Positions 58,340 to 64,000 of a stretch of 64,000 nucleotides of DNA are shown piece after piece. The position numbers and the translations under genes are program-made. The stretch's first letter is position 1, and each line of letters opens with the position of its first letter. This DNA comes from Eledone cirrhosa (taxonomy: Eukaryota). The stretch spans positions 85,746,001 to 85,810,000 of the forward strand of contig OZ024747.1 in the NCBI GenBank assembly GCA_964016885.1. The letters run 5' to 3'. Under the pieces are notes generated by a model. It was given only the letters and a program-made list of their open reading frames with translations. It was not told where the DNA came from and searched no databases.

Positions 58340-59156
58340 TAAGAGGGTGTTAAAGTTTGCTTGAAGCATTGTGAAATGTGTAAAATACGTATTTAAGAAG
58401 GCCACAACAATGCAGAGGGAAATCTCGAGGTAGGAAGTGAAAGATAGATAGGAAAAACAGGTGAAAGTGAAAATTGAGAGAGACAAAGATGAAAACAAAA
58501 CAAAGGTAGAAGGGTTACCGTAGTAGAGATTTAATCCCAATATTTCGGGATCACGCCCATCAACGGGGGAAAGTTCCAAAAGGGGGGGGAACAGGCCAAG
58601 CGGAGAAAGTTGTAATGTCGTTAAGACAGGAATGCCGTTATGGGGAGAAAATTATTTAAAATTTAAACGAGGGAAAGAGTGCGCGTGCGCGTGATAGGCT
58701 GTGGCAAAAGCTACTGACCAAATGGGTTAAATCAAGAGGGTGCGCTAGCGTGTGAAAGCCGTAAGATATGTGTGTGTAAATATATATGTGTGTGTAACTG
58801 TGTGTGTATAAGTGTAAGTGTGTATATGTGTGTGTGTGTGTGAAAGATAGTGGGCTGTAGAAATTGGAAATCAAAGGGTGTGAAAGGTGGTAGGTTGTAA
58901 AATATGTGTGCGTGTATAAATATAGATGTGTGTGTGTAAGCGTATGGGTATACATGTGTGTGTATATGTGTGAGTGCGTTTGTGTGTGAAAGAAAGAGGG
59001 CTGTAGAAGCTGGAAATCAAAGGGTGTGAAAGGTGGTAGGTTGTAAAAACATGTGTGCGTGTATAAATATAGATGTGTGTGTGTGTGCGTATGGGTATGC
59101 ATATACGTGCGTGTGTGTGAAGATAGCAGGCCGTAGGCTGTGAATGGTTACTATGG
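58340..59156 (-). mobile_element. Probable 3' UTR/pLTR of the Penelope-like element, with a ~145-bp tandem duplication (58838-59136) and a degenerate hammerhead (58535-58570)
   Basis: Directly downstream of the ORF; minus strand ttgatggg cgtgat ccc GAAATATT ggga ttaaa; ends at (TA)n. Confidence 0.6.
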
Positions 59157-60320
59157 TTAAGTTAGCCATGTCAGCTCATTTCTCTCAGCCCGGTTGTTAA
59201 GTGGGGGTCTGAGGTTCTTAATAACAAGTGCTTCCTTTATCCTTAAGGATCCGATGCTGCGTTCAGTCGCTAGGACTGTGACCATGGGTCTATCCTGTGG
59301 GTTTCCGCATTTAAGGATGTGTTTACGGAAGGAAGATGCGTTGGTGTTGATATGTTCCTTGATACGAACATGTAGGGGTCGGATGGTGCTACTTATGTAA
59401 AACTTGTTACATTTATCGCATTGAATCTTATATACGACATAGGTGCGTAGGCAATCTGCCCCCCGTATCGGGCAGTTGCTGAGGGAACACGTCCCATCTG
59501 ACTCGTCGGGTTTGTTGGAGAGGCATCTTCGCAGCGAAGGTCCAGTGTGGGCCAAATGTATGTCAAGTCCCTCCGTCCGTATGGCCCTGCGGATGGCGTT
59601 CGTGGTATATTCACTCAGGTGGGGGATTTTAAAGAAGTACCTGCTATTATTTAGTTTTCTAGTGGGTGTCTGTCTATTGGGTCTGGGGTCTCTAATTCCG
59701 TTAATCAGTCGCTTGGGGTAACCATTAGATCTGAGTAGATTACGGAATTGCGTGGTATGGGTGAGACCACCCATCGGGTCGCTGCATCTGTTAGTGATCC
59801 GTGTCAGTTCATTTAGGACATAGCCTCTCTTAGCGTTGTTGGGGAGGGCTGAGTTATAATGCACAAATAAGTCCTTGCACGCTGCTTTGCGGTAGAAGGT
59901 GGTGTTTATGTCTCCTTCTTCCGAGATGTTGATACGGAAGTCGAGGAGGGCGAGTGACCCGTCTTCTCCTGGGTGTTCGATGGTGAAATCGACGTGATGG
60001 TCAGTATCGTTGAAGATTTGGTGAATTTCATTCGCCATCTCCCGGGAAGAAGTAAGTATCAGGATATCATCAACGTATCTGGAGTAGAAGGCGACGGCGT
60101 TGGGTTGGCAGGTATTGAGTGCCTTACGTTCCAGGTGGTCCATGTACGAGATCGCAAGTATGCCGGACAGACTAGAGCCCATAGGTAGCCCAGAGATTTG
60201 TTTGTACGTGTGGCCGAGGAAATTGAAGAGTGCATTATCCACAACGAAGGAGAGGAGTTGGTGGATGTCCGTGTGTGTGAGTCCAACCCTAACCCCAACC
60301 AGCTCCATCTCACTCAACAA
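59157..60320 (-). CDS. Penelope-like element ORF, 5'-truncated: RT C-terminal half plus GIY-YIG endonuclease
   Basis: QISGLPMGSSLS, YSRYVDDILI, LLDFRI, YRK, then VVYKIQC..C..FYISSTIRPLHVRIKEH, EAL.I...P.LN; uninterrupted frame. Confidence 0.95.
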   Translation of the reverse strand: MLSEMELVGVRVGLTHTDIHQLLSFVVDNALFNFLGHTYKQISGLPMGSSLSGILAISYMDHLERKALNTCQPNAVAFYSRYVDDILILTSSREMANEIHQIFNDTDHHVDFTIEHPGEDGSLALLDFRINISEEGDINTTFYRKAACKDLFVHYNSALPNNAKRGYVLNELTRITNRCSDPMGGLTHTTQFRNLLRSNGYPKRLINGIRDPRPNRQTPTRKLNNSRYFFKIPHLSEYTTNAIRRAIRTEGLDIHLAHTGPSLRRCLSNKPDESDGTCSLSNCPIRGADCLRTYVVYKIQCDKCNKFYISSTIRPLHVRIKEHINTNASSFRKHILKCGNPQDRPMVTVLATERSIGSLRIKEALVIKNLRPPLNNRAERNELTWLT

Positions 60321-60428
60321 ACATTAGGATATACTTAAGTATTATCCCAATTTAGTGTTTGGGGTGCTAACTAATCAGTATTTCGTGGATAATTGGTTGT
60401 ATTATTTTATATGAGACATTATTAAATA

Positions 60429-60481
<53 letters not shown>

Positions 60482-60498
60482 AATATATAAACACTCCC

Positions 60499-60583
<85 letters not shown>

Positions 60584-60611
60584 GTATGCATATATATATA
60601 TAAACACTCCC

Positions 60612-60672
<61 letters not shown>

Positions 60673-61216
60673 TAGAAAAAATTAACAGAGAGGGCAAGAC
60701 AACGGACAAAAACAATGCAAAACAAAAAACAATTTTTTAAGGGGCACTATAAAACGTTGTTTTAAAAAACAAAAAAAAATACAAACGAAAGACAAAACTC
60801 CAGGGTCATCAGCCGTTGAGTTGGACTTTGGCAGTTTCGACCCCTAACAACGGTACTGTTGGTTACAGCGTCTGACACAAACCAAAGCGCTGTCCAGTGG
60901 TGTAAAAGACGAAAGCTATAACAAGTACACAGTGTTAGTGTGACGTCAGGGAAAAGTTTGGTGCTTCTTATGGCACGAAAGTCTCGAGTATGGAACAGAA
61001 AAAGAATAATCTCCCTTTGTTTGTTGAAAAAAGAAGTAAGTGACATAGTCACTACTTTAAAACAATAGCGTAAGGTCTTCAAAATGTTTTTAATTAAGCA
61101 TGCAGTATATTGCCAAATATACTATATATATGTACAGCCACCGGAAATAACATCTGTGAAATAAACAACTCTATCTATCTGCTTAGCTAACTACCTCACC
61201 GTGAAACAAACAACTA

Positions 61217-63375
61217 ATGCCGTTCGGTCTGCGCAACGCTGCACAAACTTTACAGCGGTTTATTGACACCGTGTTACGTGATCTACCCTTTGTATACGCG
61301 TATATCGACGACGTGCTAGTAGCAAGTACTTCCGAGAAAGAACACAAGAAGCACTTAGATCTTCTTTTCCAACGTTTCGCCGAGTACGGTATTATCATCA
61401 ACCCCAGCAAGTGCCTTCTCGGCGTTCCTTCACTGTCCTTTCTCGGGCACATCATTGATAAAGACGGCATTCGTCCACTTCCTGAGAAAGTAGAAGCTAT
61501 CCGCAATTTTCCCGCACCTACATCACTTCGGAAACTGCGTGAATTCCTCGGTTCAGGTGAATTTCTATAGGCGTTTCATCCCTCATTGTGCCGACGCAGC
61601 CAGACTCCTCACGGACCTTCTTCGCAACCGGACTCGGAAAAACGAAGACATCACTCTGAACGAGGAAGAACTAACATCTTTTAACCGCCTGAAGGAAATG
61701 TTGGCAAACGCTTCCATGCTCGTTTTACCCAGATCTGGCGCTTCTCTTTCGCTGCTAGTGGACGCATCAGACACAGAGTTTGGAGGCCTTTTACAACAAT
61801 ATGTCGATGGCGTTTTGCAACTCTTATCCTTCTTTTCTAAGCGGTTGCAACCTGCAGAAACTAAATACAGTACGTTCGGCCGTGAACTTTTGTTGGCAAC
61901 CTACCTTTCAGTTAAACATTTTCGTCACATGCTCGAAGGATCGGATTTCGTGATCTACACGGACCATAAACCACTAGTTTATGCGTTCCGTACCAAACCT
62001 GATCGACATTCACCAAGAGAACTCCGCCACCTGGATTTTGTCTCCCAATATTCAACTGATATTCGGCATATCAAGAGATCAGGCAACGTAGCAGCCGACG
62101 CCTTGTCCCGAATCCAGCTGAACGCAATACATGTGCATTCAGGCATCGACCTTCAACAGATCGCAGCTGACCAAGAGAATGACGAAGAGTTTATCAAGCT
62201 CCGAGATTCTCCATCCCTCAAGTTTCAGCAAGTTCCCATTCCTTCTTCTTCGGGACAAATTTGGTGCGACCTTTCTACCAGTCATGAACAACCGTACGTA
62301 CCACAGATGCATCGTCGACAAGTTTGTTCTGCTTTACACTGTTTGTCTCACCCGAGAATCCGGGCTACACAGAAACTCACCTCTGCTCGTTTTGTGTGGA
62401 CTAACATTAGCAAGGAGGTGCGCGACTGGTCCAGGAGCTGCATTGCCTGCCAGAAGCCAAAGTCCACAGACACATCAAAACTCCACTCGGCACATTCGCG
62501 CAACCTGATGCACGTTTTCATCATGTGCATATCGACATCATTGGACCTCTACCACCATCACAGAACTGCACACACTTGCTCACCTGCATAGATCGATTTT
62601 CCCGTTGGCCTGAGGCTAAAACTTTGGGTTTACACTGGGTATCACGTTATGGCGCCCCAGCGAAGATAACGGACAAAGAACGCCAATTTGACTCCCAACT
62701 CTTCAGGGAACTGACTCGCCTGTTAGGATGTAAACACATCCGCACGACAGCTTATCACCCGCAAGCTAATGGTCTCGTGGAAAGATTCCATCGGCAATTG
62801 AAAACTGCAATAAAAGCGTATCCAGACAGGACCCACTGGTTTGAATACCTGCCACTCATCCTTCTGGGCATTCGATCCACCGTTAAGGAGGAATTCGGAC
62901 ACACACCTGTAGAATTAGTGTACGGCACCACCCTGGTTCTACCTGGTCAGATGGTTACTCCCATCTCTCCTCAGGACGTTCCAGACCCAGGATCATATGT
63001 ACACCGTCTTCGACAGTATATGTCTCACCTTGCTCCTGCAAGCGCCCGTCAACAGAACACGGCCACACACGTACCTTAAGACATTAAAGATTGGACACAC
63101 GTTTTCGTTCGAAACGAAACCATCCCAGCTCATCTTCGACCTCCATATTTTGGCCCTTACCGTGTTCTAAAAATATATCCGAAATATTTTATTCTCGACC
63201 AAGATGGTAAACAGAATTCTGTCAGCGTGGACAGATTAAAAAAAGCCATCATGGATACAGTTACAGTCTCTAACCAGAAACTCCAACAGATAGCTGTCCC
63301 AGCAAGCCACCTGTTTCATCTCCAGTCACGAGAAGTGGACGACGTGTCCATTGGCCCGCCAAGTTGGCACAATAT
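61217..63375 (+). pseudogene. Ty3/Gypsy pol relic (RT, RNase H, integrase) with frameshifts
   Basis: [60 protein letters not shown] motif, VSVDRLK; no LTR seen. Confidence 0.95.
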
Positions 63376-64000
63376 GTGAATTACCGTTAACCTCAAGTGA
63401 GTTTCTCAATCATTCTTCTTGCAAAACATTTCTATTTTCCTTGTGTTTACTATTTCCAGTTTCAAATACAATGAACTTTCTGCTTGAACAATTGCAATTT
63501 TTAGTGACCATGTGTTCATGTCACGAAGAACATTATTTATTATGAACATTATCTATTACAAACACTATTTAAGAACAAACATTGTGTATAGCATTGTGTA
63601 TAGCATTTTTTTTCTTCTCTCGCTTGTTTTGCAAAAAATTTTATTTTCCATGTTCTGCAATGTTAATTGTGTAATTGCCATAATTTTTATATACATACAA
63701 GGCGTGTACATATTCTATTTTTCATGCGCACTACACAACAACGTTTGTTTCACCTTTCGTTCATACACTGAGCAATAGATATTTTGCCCCTCTAACTCTT
63801 ACATTAAAAAATGTTTTCTCTTTGATCACGCATATTCACAAATCGCATCCTCAAAACAGTGGCCTTCTTTTTTACGTACTCATTTACTCAATAGCTCGAG
63901 AATGCCTCGCTATTTTTTACCACATGCATTCGCTCAAGTCATATGCTTTGGAGCAAACTGTTACTTTTAAGCAACATGCTTACGGCCATTCATTTCACAC

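Noticed and set aside
60285-60300. Telomeric TTAGGG at the Penelope 5' junction
   Set aside because: Only one perfect unit, compatible with chance
60800-60845. Type II hammerhead on the minus strand
   Set aside because: Core words are present but stem I has one pair and stem II overlaps the core
63380-64000. Gypsy 3' LTR
   Set aside because: No polypurine tract or TG..CA boundary seen, and no matching 5' LTR

Overview
This is a eukaryotic, AT-rich, microsatellite-dense window with no host protein-coding gene I can recognise. The SINE repertoire and repeat load suggest a cephalopod, probably Octopus; this is an inference. Nearly all ORFs in the supplied track are artefacts of simple repeats. 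The identifiable content is transposon-derived: about 18 copies of one tRNA-derived SINE, several CORE-like SINEs, and four copies of a ~590-bp non-autonomous RTE-type retroelement ending in a C2H2 finger. There are also RTE and L1/Tx1 fragments, a hAT element with a nested Helitron and SINE, a Helitron RepHel relic, a mariner relic, a 5'-truncated Penelope-like element (RT + GIY-YIG) and a decayed Ty3/Gypsy pol. The most striking unannotated signal is about ten type I hammerhead-ribozyme motifs of unrelated sequence. Most have palindromic stem III, some have very long stem II, and many lie in near-perfect fold-back repeats (arms up to ~240 bp) next to (TA)n tracts. This pattern fits a diverse population of non-autonomous Penelope-derived or retrozyme-like elements. 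All structures and coordinates were read by eye.
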